Shown in pieces: positions 18,888-28,476 of a stretch of 64,000 bases of DNA. Under the pieces are notes generated by a model. It was not told where the DNA came from. It did not search any database and saw only the letters and a list, made by a program, of their open reading frames with translations. The stretch covers positions 96,001 through 160,000 of IMG/VR virus record IMGVR_UViG_3300005611_000002, one strand, 5' to 3'. Source of the DNA: a virus (lineage: Duplodnaviria > Caudoviricetes). Position numbers and translations under genes: made by a program. The first letter of the stretch is position 1, and each line of letters starts with the position of its first letter.

Positions 18888-19588
18888 TGATTAACTCCAT
18901 TTTCGTTATAAAATTTTCTCTTTTCTATTTCGTGATCGAATGGCGGAACACCACTAAACATCACAGTGTTATAAGGAGGTTCTTCTTTTATTGTAACACA
19001 AAAATTAAATTTTTTGAGCTCATCTCGTAACATACTTATCGTGAAAGATTCATTAATGTGTCCAGTGATTGCAATCATAATGCCATGTAAATATGTTTGC
19101 GGACCTAAGAAATAAATGCTATTTGCACCGCGAGCTCTTCTATTCAAGTTTAGTTTGAGAGTTTCTGCAAAGATAGGATTCTGTGGTGCACTGCACATAA
19201 AATCATGTGAAAAATCATGATCTAAACATGTAGGAAGTACAAGACGTGTTTTATCATTAACTATATCTTCGAGAGAACGATTACATAATCTATCTATATC
19301 TGTATATAAACCGCCTTCATTATAGATTTTAATAAGTCTCCAAACATCTATCTTTTCAACGATATGTTTATGTTCAAGATTTTTCCAATCATTTTTAGAA
19401 AGATTTAATTTTAAATAAGCATTTACATCTTCATCGTCGCTTATTTCGATAAACCAGTCTGGCATTAGATGCATCATTTTATGAACAGTCATATCTAGAA
19501 ATTTGCTATTCATCGAAAGTATATTCTTGTTTTTCCAAGTTAGATGTATTTTCTTGGGTATCACTGTTCGCCTATCAATGTATAGCAA
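18869..19588 (-). CDS. GT32-like DXD glycosyltransferase
   Basis: IPKKIHLTW, D.WR...Y.EGGLYTDID, GP. Confidence 0.8.
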   Translation of the reverse strand: MLYIDRRTVIPKKIHLTWKNKNILSMNSKFLDMTVHKMMHLMPDWFIEISDDEDVNAYLKLNLSKNDWKNLEHKHIVEKIDVWRLIKIYNEGGLYTDIDRLCNRSLEDIVNDKTRLVLPTCLDHDFSHDFMCSAPQNPIFAETLKLNLNRRARGANSIYFLGPQTYLHGIMIAITGHINESFTISMLRDELKKFNFCVTIKEEPPYNTVMFSGVPPFDHEIEKRKFYNENGVNHWTNEW

Positions 19589-20088
19589 AGTAGTAGTTTT
19601 TCTTCAAAGCTGTGAAAAACCCACGGACGATAAAAGACTGCATCATTTTGTCTTACATTCATTACTGTTTCAATTATCCAATCATCTAGATTATGATAGT
19701 CGAATTCGTAGGCGTCAAGAGCAGTTGTTGCTCCAGATACATGGCTATACGTCGTGAAAGTAGTGTCTTCTAGTGCTATAGCAAGACGCCACTCGTTTAG
19801 ATCGTCAAACTCTTCAAAATGTATGAGATTATGATATGGTCTGCGAAAAGTTCCAGATTTTTCTTCATCTAGCTTTACAAAATCCCCGATCATACCACCA
19901 AATACCATGTCCATTTCAGGAAATATCAAATTTAAATCCGCATTTTGATATCCATATGCCATTGGATAATAGTGAATTAAATCTTTAACCGCGTTCTTGC
20001 AGCTTTCAGCTTCGCCTTCGGGAAGAAAGTTTCTGGCGTGTATATAGTTGAGAAAACTTCTGTTAACTTGAAAATTTTTGTTGCTCAT
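19561..20088 (-). CDS. DUF6445-like 2OG-Fe(II) oxygenase-fold protein (divergent)
   Basis: NF.P, SGTFR, IHFE, N.AVFYRPW.FHS; resembles ORF 21060-21665. Confidence 0.55.
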   Translation of the reverse strand: MSNKNFQVNRSFLNYIHARNFLPEGEAESCKNAVKDLIHYYPMAYGYQNADLNLIFPEMDMVFGGMIGDFVKLDEEKSGTFRRPYHNLIHFEEFDDLNEWRLAIALEDTTFTTYSHVSGATTALDAYEFDYHNLDDWIIETVMNVRQNDAVFYRPWVFHSFEEKLLLCYTLIGEQ

Positions 20089-20990
20089 TTTACTAAACTT
20101 AATATCCTTTGAAGATCATTTTCGTAGAATTCCATTGTTTTTTCATTTAGATTATCTGCAAATTCACAATCAATTTGTGATAAACGAATTGGTGAATAAG
20201 TTGGTGCAACTCCGTTTGTGTATATTTTAAAATGGTTTGGATATGATATATTTTCCGCTAATGTTGAGCCAAGTATAACAGTTCCCGGCTTATTGAAAGC
20301 TCTTGCTATATGTTGTCCTACACTATCAACACCGATGAAGTAATCACAATTTGCAATAAGACTCATGTACATACGAAGATCAGCTCCTTTATCGAAAAAG
20401 TTTACTGAATAATCGTCTCCGGGATGATAAAAATCTTTTTCGCCAAAGAATATGACAGTATTATCTCTACTCAGCTGATAAATGAGTTGCAGAGTAAAAT
20501 CTACATCAAGACTTCGATTTGTATTATCATAAGGACGATTGTCAACTAGCTGCATTCCACTTCCATAAGGTTGCAATACGATTGTTCTGCTCTTTCCAGT
20601 TTTAGCTATTGCTTCACTTAAAAGTGTTTTAGAAGCAATCATCTCTTGCTTCGTGATATACATGTTCGGCTTGTCTAGATCACTCGCAGAACCATTAATA
20701 CTTATATCAAAACATTCTGTGAGATGCTTTTTTTCATCATAATATTGATACATCTGGTAAGGCTCAGGATGAACTATACGTCGCCCCTTCATATGAAGAT
20801 CAAAAGTGCCTTTTTGATTTATGTTAAATGTTCTATTTTGAAGTACAGGATGAGCCCAATATAGACTTTCCCACGCCGCAGTTAAAATCCTAAAATCGTC
20901 CTCAGGATTTTCTATCGCATATCTTTCTAGTGCTGGAATTGCTGTAACGAGTCTACCTGCGCCGCCGTCAATAATAAAAGTTGTATTCAT
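20085..20990 (-). CDS. GT9-like (heptosyltransferase-fold) glycosyltransferase
   Basis: GGAGR N-terminal loop, EPY, DYFIGVDSVGQHIARA..KPG.VI.GST. Confidence 0.75.
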   Translation of the reverse strand: MNTTFIIDGGAGRLVTAIPALERYAIENPEDDFRILTAAWESLYWAHPVLQNRTFNINQKGTFDLHMKGRRIVHPEPYQMYQYYDEKKHLTECFDISINGSASDLDKPNMYITKQEMIASKTLLSEAIAKTGKSRTIVLQPYGSGMQLVDNRPYDNTNRSLDVDFTLQLIYQLSRDNTVIFFGEKDFYHPGDDYSVNFFDKGADLRMYMSLIANCDYFIGVDSVGQHIARAFNKPGTVILGSTLAENISYPNHFKIYTNGVAPTYSPIRLSQIDCEFADNLNEKTMEFYENDLQRILSLVK

Positions 20991-21059
20991 TGTCTAGAAT
21001 CTACTCCATGATGTTTAGGTAGACGAAATGTCTATCTATCGTTAATATTTTATTCTTAT

Positions 21060-21665
21060 TCATCTTTCAAACTTCAAAAAGAAAACCTGTGTAAGTCTAC
21101 CATCTTGAATTGATGATCCGAAGTAATCATTAGATTTATGAAACTCATCGCCTTTGTACATGATTAGACGGTTGTATACATTTCCAAACACGTCGATTGG
21201 AGTAAAAATCTTTTCATAATTTGTTCTATCTTCAAATCTGTTAAGTTTTTTCATTTCGTCTATATCAAGAGAATGCCATGCATTGTGATCATTGCAACGA
21301 TAGATAGTAGTGCCAGAAGAAACGGGAGCATTTGGTGTGAGATATAAAACCGCAGCTACGTCAACGTCGTTATCTTGATGTACCCACGAATCGCCATCGC
21401 TTGAAGTACAAACTTGAAAATAACTTTTTATAGATACTTGCGCGTTCATGAAGTTTTTTGTAGCTAAATTGGAAACTTCGGTCAAGACAACATTTGCATA
21501 ATCAATATCTAAATCCATTATGTGATCAGTTCGAACACCTGGCCAACTTGTATGTTGGCCTATTCTTTCTGAAAATTCTTTTGCATTATAAAACTTGTTT
21601 GTTAAAGCCCAGGATCTAATTACGTTTGGATATGGGAAAAAGTTATCAACTACTAAACTTTGCAT
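21060..21665 (-). CDS. DUF6445-family 2OG-Fe(II) oxygenase
   Basis: VVDNFF, WPG.RT, WVHQD (HxD), SGT, YNRLIMY..FH.S, RLTQVFF. Confidence 0.8.
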   Translation of the reverse strand: MQSLVVDNFFPYPNVIRSWALTNKFYNAKEFSERIGQHTSWPGVRTDHIMDLDIDYANVVLTEVSNLATKNFMNAQVSIKSYFQVCTSSDGDSWVHQDNDVDVAAVLYLTPNAPVSSGTTIYRCNDHNAWHSLDIDEMKKLNRFEDRTNYEKIFTPIDVFGNVYNRLIMYKGDEFHKSNDYFGSSIQDGRLTQVFFLKFER

Positions 21666-22980
21666 CTATTATTTCCTTTAATTTCATTAATGGCTCATTC
21701 CATACTCTTGGTTTTTCTTGTCTTAAAATTGTAAGATTATCACCATACCAAGGAGATTTTTCAATACTATGACACCACGTATAGTAAGCAGAAATTGGTG
21801 TAATGACGATTGTTTCTTTTCCCATAGCTGCAGCCGCATGTCCTATTGATGTACAACTTGTTATTATGAGATCAAGATCATTTATTATGCACAATGTATC
21901 TTCATATGAATTCATTACGTGATCTAATCTTGTTAACTTTTCTTCGTATCCTTCAAGTTCATCAAGCCCATTATCTCTCTGTAGACTATATATATCCGCA
22001 TCCAAATTCGAAACCGTGTTGAACATGTCAGAAAACGGTATTGAGCGATGAAGATCTTGGTCATATGATGGATTCCCCTGCCATCTTAAACCAATTTTGA
22101 TCTTGTCGTTTTTTCTTATATGTTCTGAATTACCTTTAGCCGAAAGATATGGTCCGTACCAAAGATCTTTATATTCTAGATTAAGATATACTGGAAGATC
22201 CATACTGTGAACCCAGGTTGGATTTACTTTAGTATCGATCTCAGAAAATGAACTTATTGCTTCAAAGCCACAGCGGCGAAAAACTGAAACATTGTCTTTT
22301 CTTTCAGTAAACCAAATCGGTTTCATACCAATATCTTTGAGATGCTTCATAAATCGAATATTGATGAATTCATCACCTATACCTGCTTCTGCTCTAACAT
22401 AGATTGTTCTACCTTCTTGAGGCTCACCTTCCCATCTTTCAAAGGGAAATTCTGGTTTCTTCCAATAATTTAGTTTTCTTCCTTCAAATAAAAATTTGCG
22501 GAGCCCAGATTGAAACTCATCTCGAAGAAGCTCGTAAGTACCAAGATTAAACCGAATTTTTGTTTTTGTTTTCTCATCAAGTCTTGGATTTTCTAGTTGG
22601 GATCGAAGTATTTTTTCCGCGTTGTTCTTTTGATTTAAAAGAAAGAATGAAAAAGCTTTTTCCATTTGAACATCGGTATCATTTGGATTAATGATCTCTA
22701 ATTGCTTAATCAGAGTCATTGCACGTTCTGGATAGTTTGCATGATTGGCAGTATTTAGAGTGTTGTATTTAACTGAATATGTATCAGTACCAGTGTAAAG
22801 TGAAAGCGCTTTTTCTGCATTGCGATATGCCTTTTCGTACTCTTTGATTTTGAAATAACTCTTTGCTATTTCGTCAAATTGATCAAAAACATTGCTGTTT
22901 CTCGAAAGCGCGTCGAGTAATGTAACTGCGGCGGGTTTTTCTCCCATTTGATCTAACGATATTACAAGATGTTCTATCAT
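21646..22980 (-). CDS. TPR + GT9-like glycosyltransferase
   Basis: TPR-like helices, then W.GE..GRT...EAGIGD.F..RF, IG..WQG, DLIITSCTS..H.A.AMG, SPWY, RQ. Confidence 0.8.
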   Translation of the reverse strand: MIEHLVISLDQMGEKPAAVTLLDALSRNSNVFDQFDEIAKSYFKIKEYEKAYRNAEKALSLYTGTDTYSVKYNTLNTANHANYPERAMTLIKQLEIINPNDTDVQMEKAFSFFLLNQKNNAEKILRSQLENPRLDEKTKTKIRFNLGTYELLRDEFQSGLRKFLFEGRKLNYWKKPEFPFERWEGEPQEGRTIYVRAEAGIGDEFINIRFMKHLKDIGMKPIWFTERKDNVSVFRRCGFEAISSFSEIDTKVNPTWVHSMDLPVYLNLEYKDLWYGPYLSAKGNSEHIRKNDKIKIGLRWQGNPSYDQDLHRSIPFSDMFNTVSNLDADIYSLQRDNGLDELEGYEEKLTRLDHVMNSYEDTLCIINDLDLIITSCTSIGHAAAAMGKETIVITPISAYYTWCHSIEKSPWYGDNLTILRQEKPRVWNEPLMKLKEIIDAKFSS

Positions 22981-23525
22981 TATTTTATCACCATTAGCTT
23001 CATATGTATTTCTGTAATTGCGTTATTCATAGCTCTTGCCATCCAATCTATCTGTGAAGGATCATCAATATTAGATATGATCTGTTTAAACGTGTCATCT
23101 AGTTCATAATTATAACTGACAATTTCAAAATCAACATTAAGCTGATGAGCAAGACCGCTCCAGCTGCTTGTGATATATGATTGAGTCTCGCACCATTTCT
23201 TTGAAAGAGGCTTCATATTCTCAACGGTGATTGGCCGAACATGAGTAAGATCACCTAGAAAAAAGTCATGTCTGGGATGCGGAACATGAACATCGATAAT
23301 TGCTTCATGTTGACACACACGGTAAAGATCTTTTAGAAAATCAAAGAAACCATCACCGATGTGTTCAAAAACGTGATGCGCGATAACTTCGTCGACAGTA
23401 TTGTCCTCAAAAGGAAAAATGTCTTTACCGAGCTGCATCACATAATCTGGACTACAATTAGGATCACTATCAATATTGACAAATCCTGGAAACCTCTTGA
23501 TTCCACTACCTATATTGAGTTTCAT
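22980..23525 (-). CDS. class I SAM-dependent methyltransferase
   Basis: LNIGSG, NID, PFEDNTVD, HVFEH, D.THVR. Confidence 0.85.
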   Translation of the reverse strand: MKLNIGSGIKRFPGFVNIDSDPNCSPDYVMQLGKDIFPFEDNTVDEVIAHHVFEHIGDGFFDFLKDLYRVCQHEAIIDVHVPHPRHDFFLGDLTHVRPITVENMKPLSKKWCETQSYITSSWSGLAHQLNVDFEIVSYNYELDDTFKQIISNIDDPSQIDWMARAMNNAITEIHMKLMVIK

Positions 23526-23534
23526 TTCTGTCTT

Positions 23535-24239
23535 TCATGTAAATGTCGAAAATATTTCTCTTGCGTACTGATGCCAGTCGCGATCTCTACCAGTAATCGT
23601 AGTTTCATCAGGCGCGTCAAACGCATAGAAACCAGTTTGAACTAATGGAAAGATATCAGCCCGTATCAACATATCTGCAGGAGCTGATAGTCCAAATCTG
23701 ATCACGTGTGAAACAAGTTGACGTGCAATCGCTGGATCTATCGCGTATGCATGAGCACGACAAATAAACTTGTAATTCTTTGTTGCAGCAGAATGTGGAG
23801 GAAAGCTCGGCCAACCAGTTTCTAATTGACTATAGTTTCCAAGATAGTTAATCTGATTCCAACCGTCATGCCAAGCATACTTATTGACCATGATTGCGTC
23901 GTGTTCTAAAATAACAATGGGCATATCAATTTTGACGCAACGTGCCCAGAGTGAATAATGACTAAGTATGGTAGCGACTTCTGTGATTGTCAACTTATCG
24001 TTCATCTGTTTAAGAAAACGATAATGATCCTGATCTTTTGCGTGATCTGGATAGATTATAGATCCAGATGTGCCATCAAACGCGTCCCATACATGAAATG
24101 GTTGTTCTACTTTTACACAGCTCTGCTGACATCTATGGGATAACTTTTCAGAAGTTGTGTGATTCTTAAGAGTGATGATATATGCTTCTACATCATCAAA
24201 ATGCATTTTATAATCGAGGGTCTCTACTGTTGGATTCAT
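23535..24239 (-). CDS. GT25-family glycosyltransferase
   Basis: AYIITL, A.DG, SHY.LW..C, VILEHDA, AHAYAI.P, D. Confidence 0.78.
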   Translation of the reverse strand: MNPTVETLDYKMHFDDVEAYIITLKNHTTSEKLSHRCQQSCVKVEQPFHVWDAFDGTSGSIIYPDHAKDQDHYRFLKQMNDKLTITEVATILSHYSLWARCVKIDMPIVILEHDAIMVNKYAWHDGWNQINYLGNYSQLETGWPSFPPHSAATKNYKFICRAHAYAIDPAIARQLVSHVIRFGLSAPADMLIRADIFPLVQTGFYAFDAPDETTITGRDRDWHQYAREIFSTFT

Positions 24240-24606
24240 ATGGTACCTTCACATAATATGTATCATTTTCTTTACAGAAATTATCAATTTCAGAGTAGAT
24301 TGAGTAGTCGACAATTTCTTGCAATTCAACTACCTTCAAGAATTGTTTATGCTCAACAGTATTTATCTCTATGGATACAAGTACACCACACTGATCTGGT
24401 CTCATCCATTCTGGTAGAACATTCTGTGTCCACGCGCATTGATAATCATGACAAGATTGCGGTCTATCTTTGTAGATTGAACATGCTCGATTAACAAGAA
24501 AAACACACGGCTTATGATATCCAAAAACATTACCATAACTATTTCCAACAATATGCCCGTCGCAACAAGCTGTGCATTCGCCGCACGAACGAAAATTCAT
24601 CGCCAA
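24208..24606 (-). CDS. CxxCxxCC (YkgJ-like) metal/Fe-S cluster protein
   Basis: CGECTACC, C.FL, CSIY.DRP..C..Y.C.W. Confidence 0.8.
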   Translation of the reverse strand: MAMNFRSCGECTACCDGHIVGNSYGNVFGYHKPCVFLVNRACSIYKDRPQSCHDYQCAWTQNVLPEWMRPDQCGVLVSIEINTVEHKQFLKVVELQEIVDYSIYSEIDNFCKENDTYYVKVPYESNSRDPRL

Positions 24607-25364
24607 ACCTCTAAGTTTGCAAACTGATTTATAATGTCAGGTGGAATGATATAAGACTTTTGTTTGTATTCTATTTTGGAATGCGTAGAATGCAAACCAT
24701 CCATTTTTATGTTTTGGTCATACTCATCATATGAGACGGATACATTATTAAAGTCATGCTCATAATATGGTTCTTCTATAAAATTGTAAATTGCTTTCAT
24801 AGTGCCTTCGGGATTTTTTGTTAAGACATCGTATTCGATTAGCATTAACATATCTGTATGAGGTCCTGTGAACGCAGATTTTAAAGAGTCATATGGAAGC
24901 TTTACAATTCCGCCGTCAGTCATTAACGCGGCAGCTCTTGTGTATACATTAAGATCGACTTCTTTTGGATACACTGTTGAAATTTTGAATGGATTTTGTT
25001 GATGCATTCTTTCGAACGAGTCAAGTATTCTTGTTATGTCACGAACACAGCATATTACTTTTGTGTATGGATAGATCGACCTAAGTTCTGGAAGTAAGTT
25101 TGTCCAGAGTCGATTTGTATTAAAAACTACAGGCTTTTTCGTATCGTAGTAAAAAGCATCTACAGTTGACTTAACTATATTTTTAAGACGAGTCTCGTCA
25201 AACTCGTTTGGAGGGCATGAGTTACCAGTTTCTATCTGAGAGCGAAAGTGACTAAGAAGATTGTCAGATATGCTTGTATGAAATTTGGGATTCTGCCCTA
25301 ATACAGCAGAGAGTAGAGTTGAGCCAGAACGCGGAAGTCCAGATATAAAGTAGTATTTTTTCAA
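24597..25364 (-). CDS. PAPS-dependent sulfotransferase
   Basis: SGLPRSGSTLL 5'-PSB loop, VRD..RILDSF 3'-PB motif, YD.L..NP. Confidence 0.88.
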   Translation of the reverse strand: MKKYYFISGLPRSGSTLLSAVLGQNPKFHTSISDNLLSHFRSQIETGNSCPPNEFDETRLKNIVKSTVDAFYYDTKKPVVFNTNRLWTNLLPELRSIYPYTKVICCVRDITRILDSFERMHQQNPFKISTVYPKEVDLNVYTRAAALMTDGGIVKLPYDSLKSAFTGPHTDMLMLIEYDVLTKNPEGTMKAIYNFIEEPYYEHDFNNVSVSYDEYDQNIKMDGLHSTHSKIEYKQKSYIIPPDIINQFANLEVWR

Positions 25365-25389
25365 GTATCACCTCTTGCATAATAATTTG

Positions 25390-25397
25390 TATTTATA
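25390..25397 (-). promoter_or_regulatory. T4 late promoter TATAAATA heading the modification operon
   Basis: Exact consensus ~25 nt upstream of the sulfotransferase start (SD GAGGTG). Confidence 0.78.
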
Positions 25398-25403
25398 TAT
25401 AAT

Positions 25404-26597
25404 TTACCAGCAGTCTTCACGGATTGCAGCTGAATTAGAGCTCCCTAGATTTATGCTTCGCCAATTATTTCCACCAGAAATTGTTTGAACTGGACTAGAT
25501 TGCGAGGATGCTGAAATGCCAAGTCCAAGTGCACCATCATTATTACTGCCCCACAACCACAAGCTGCCGTCAGTCTTGATCGCAGCTGAGTGACCATTCC
25601 CAAGACTTACACTTCTCCAGTTAGTTCCGCCGGAAACTGTTTGGACTGGACTGGACTGATTCACTGTTGGTCCTAAACCATTGCCAAGTCGAGTATCACC
25701 ATTATTGCCCCACAACCACAAGCTGCCATCGGTCTTAATCGCGGCTGAATGCGCGCATTTTGATAAACTTAGACTTCGCCAGTTAGTTCCACCAGAAACT
25801 GTTTGAACTGGGCTAGAATGATCTGTCAGCGAATTGTCACCAAGTCGACCATAACCATTACATCCCCACAACCAAAGACTGCCGTCAGTCTTGATCGCGG
25901 CTGAGTGATAAGCACCTAAACTTACACTTCGCCAATTAGTTCCACCGGAAACTGTTTGTACTGGGCTAGACTGACTCGTTGTTGAATTATCGCCAAGTCG
26001 ACCTAGTAAATTACTGCCCCACAACCACAAGCTACCATCGGTTTTGATTGCAGCTGAGTGATAAGCACCTAAACTTACACTTCGCCAATTAGTTCCACCG
26101 GAAACTGTTTGTACTGGACTTGATCGACTTGTTGTTGAGTTATCGCCGATAGCACCACAAAAAGATCGACCCCACAACCAAAGACTGCCGTCAGTCTTGA
26201 TCGCGGCTGAGTGAGTGCCACCTAAACTTACACTTCGCCAGTTATTTCCACCAGAAACTGTTTGAACTGGACTTGATCGATCCGTTGTTGAGTTGTTGCC
26301 TAGTTGACCTCTATTTCCACCACCCCATAGCCACAAGCTACCATCGGTCTTGATTGCAGCTGAGTGAAGCGTACCTAAACTTACACTTCGCCAGTTGTTT
26401 CCGCCGGAAACAGTTTGAACTGGGCTGGATTGATTTGCTGTTGAGTTATTGCCAAGTTTGCCTCTATTTCCATCGCCCCACAACCACAAACCACCTTCGA
26501 GAAAACAATCCTTACGAACAAAAACGTCGTCAAAATCAGCAGATGACCATCCAACAGTAGAGTCAGTGATTTTAAAGTTCGTCGGATTCTTACTCAT
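25404..26597 (-). CDS. RCC1-repeat beta-propeller protein (7 repeats)
   Basis: 7x ~52 aa WLWG-xxxx-GxLG...SSPVQTVSGG.NW.SVSLG-xx-HSAAIKTDGSL. Confidence 0.92.
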   Translation of the reverse strand: MSKNPTNFKITDSTVGWSSADFDDVFVRKDCFLEGGLWLWGDGNRGKLGNNSTANQSSPVQTVSGGNNWRSVSLGTLHSAAIKTDGSLWLWGGGNRGQLGNNSTTDRSSPVQTVSGGNNWRSVSLGGTHSAAIKTDGSLWLWGRSFCGAIGDNSTTSRSSPVQTVSGGTNWRSVSLGAYHSAAIKTDGSLWLWGSNLLGRLGDNSTTSQSSPVQTVSGGTNWRSVSLGAYHSAAIKTDGSLWLWGCNGYGRLGDNSLTDHSSPVQTVSGGTNWRSLSLSKCAHSAAIKTDGSLWLWGNNGDTRLGNGLGPTVNQSSPVQTVSGGTNWRSVSLGNGHSAAIKTDGSLWLWGSNNDGALGLGISASSQSSPVQTISGGNNWRSINLGSSNSAAIREDCW

Positions 26598-27796
26598 TAG
26601 TATTCTCCTTCGTCGCGTATTGCGGCGCTGGCTTCATACACACTTACACTTCGCCAGTTGTTTCCGCCAGAAACTGTTTGAACCGGGCTTGATTGACTTG
26701 TTGTTGAGTTGTCGCCAATTTGGCCAGAAAAATTTCTTCCCCATAACCAGAGACTACCATCAGTTTTGATTGCAGCTGAATGCTGATTACCTAAACACAC
26801 ACTTCGCCAGTTAGTTCCACCAGAGACCGTTTGAACCGGAGAACTTTTATTGGTTGTAGTATTATCACCTAATCTACCAAATGAACCATTACCCCACAAC
26901 CACAAGCTACCGTCAGTCTTGATTGCAGCTGAATGTTGATTGCCTAAACTTACACTTCGCCAGTTATTTCCACCAGAAACTGTTTGAACTGGACTCGATT
27001 GACTTGTTACTGAATCTGTACCAAGTAGACCAATATTACCAAGTCCCCACAACCAAAGACTGCCGTCAGTCTTGATCGCGGCTGAGTGATAAGCACCTAT
27101 ACTTACACTTCTCCAATTAGTTCCACCGGAAACTGTTTGAACTGGACTAGATTGATTTGCTGTTGAGTTGTTACCTAGTTGGCCTAAACCTCCACTGCCC
27201 CACAACCAAAGTGTACCATCAATCTTGATTGCAGCTGAATTACATCTCATAAGACTTACACTTTTCCAATTAGTCCCACCTGAAACTGTCTGGACTGGAC
27301 TTGATTGACTTGCCGTTGAATTGTTACCTAAACGGCCGAAATTTCCTCCACCCCACAACCACAAGCTACCGTCAGTCTTGATTGCAGCTGAGTGATCAAA
27401 TCCAAAACTTGCACTTTGCCAGTTAGTTCCACCAGAAACTGTTTGTACTGGACTGGATTGGACATTTGTTGAGTTGTTACCTAGTTCTCCATCTGCGTTA
27501 GATCCCCATAGCCACAAGCTACCATCAGTCTTGATTGCTCCAATATGTTCTCTTCCTGAAAATACAACTTTCCAGTTAGTTCCACTAGAAACCGTTTGTA
27601 CTGGACTTGACTTATTCGTTGTTGAATTATCGCCAAGTCGACCTATGAAATTTCCACCCCACAACCAAAGACCTGGCGCTTTCATCCAGGGCACCAAGTG
27701 CGGATAGTTTTCGATCATATATTCCTTGGTGACTAGATGACATCCAATGTCTATTCCATCATCGTCGCTGAATCTTGTGCAGATTCTATCAGGCAT
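26597..27796 (-). CDS. RCC1-repeat beta-propeller protein (7 repeats)
   Basis: Same repeat, 7 copies. Confidence 0.92.
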   Translation of the reverse strand: MPDRICTRFSDDDGIDIGCHLVTKEYMIENYPHLVPWMKAPGLWLWGGNFIGRLGDNSTTNKSSPVQTVSSGTNWKVVFSGREHIGAIKTDGSLWLWGSNADGELGNNSTNVQSSPVQTVSGGTNWQSASFGFDHSAAIKTDGSLWLWGGGNFGRLGNNSTASQSSPVQTVSGGTNWKSVSLMRCNSAAIKIDGTLWLWGSGGLGQLGNNSTANQSSPVQTVSGGTNWRSVSIGAYHSAAIKTDGSLWLWGLGNIGLLGTDSVTSQSSPVQTVSGGNNWRSVSLGNQHSAAIKTDGSLWLWGNGSFGRLGDNTTTNKSSPVQTVSGGTNWRSVCLGNQHSAAIKTDGSLWLWGRNFSGQIGDNSTTSQSSPVQTVSGGNNWRSVSVYEASAAIRDEGEY

Positions 27797-28463
27797 TCTC
27801 TTCCTCGTTCTTATCTTGTATTATAATCGCATCGAGCTCTTCGAGTGTAGTACATGCATCTATCTCTGCGGATTTATCTGCTTCCCAATCAAAACAAGAT
27901 TGAATATATTCTGCGCCTTTTGATACTATGAATCCTAGTTCTGTCTTTGATAGAGTTAACCATATGTTATCAGGAAACTTCCATTTAATCGTTTCATTAT
28001 CTTGCATCATAGAATATTTCTGAAGAAATATATTTCGATTGCCACGACTTGTGTCACAAAAAACATCTGTTTCCTGGATATTTAACACAACACCAAGAGA
28101 TTCTTTTTGCCATCTAACACTAGCAGCTAAACTTTTCAATTCGCCTTTCACTTGTGATATTGGTTTATCTACTCTAATCCAAGAAGCAATTGCTTGAACT
28201 TCGGGATTTTCATCATCGTAGATCCAAAATGGACCTTCGTGCCGATGTATCTTTTCGTTAGTTAAATTTTCATAAGTAATATTGCAACGACGAACTTTTA
28301 CTCCTGGAAGAATTTCATACGGAACGCGTTGTTCGTCTTCAGCTGTTACAGTAACTTCTTCTTGTAACTCGTCGAAGATTATGTCTGATATATATCTAGG
28401 TCTCCAGTCAATAGGACCTAGTATGACAAAATTTCCATTATTGTGATCTGTAATTACATACAT
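27789..28463 (-). CDS. DUF4376-like fibre assembly/chaperone protein
   Basis: C-terminal K..A..RW.KE..G, WK...W..L, Q.CFDWE...I....LEEL; embedded among fibre genes. Confidence 0.65.
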   Translation of the reverse strand: MYVITDHNNGNFVILGPIDWRPRYISDIIFDELQEEVTVTAEDEQRVPYEILPGVKVRRCNITYENLTNEKIHRHEGPFWIYDDENPEVQAIASWIRVDKPISQVKGELKSLAASVRWQKESLGVVLNIQETDVFCDTSRGNRNIFLQKYSMMQDNETIKWKFPDNIWLTLSKTELGFIVSKGAEYIQSCFDWEADKSAEIDACTTLEELDAIIIQDKNEEENA

Positions 28464-28476
28464 GATTGAAATATCC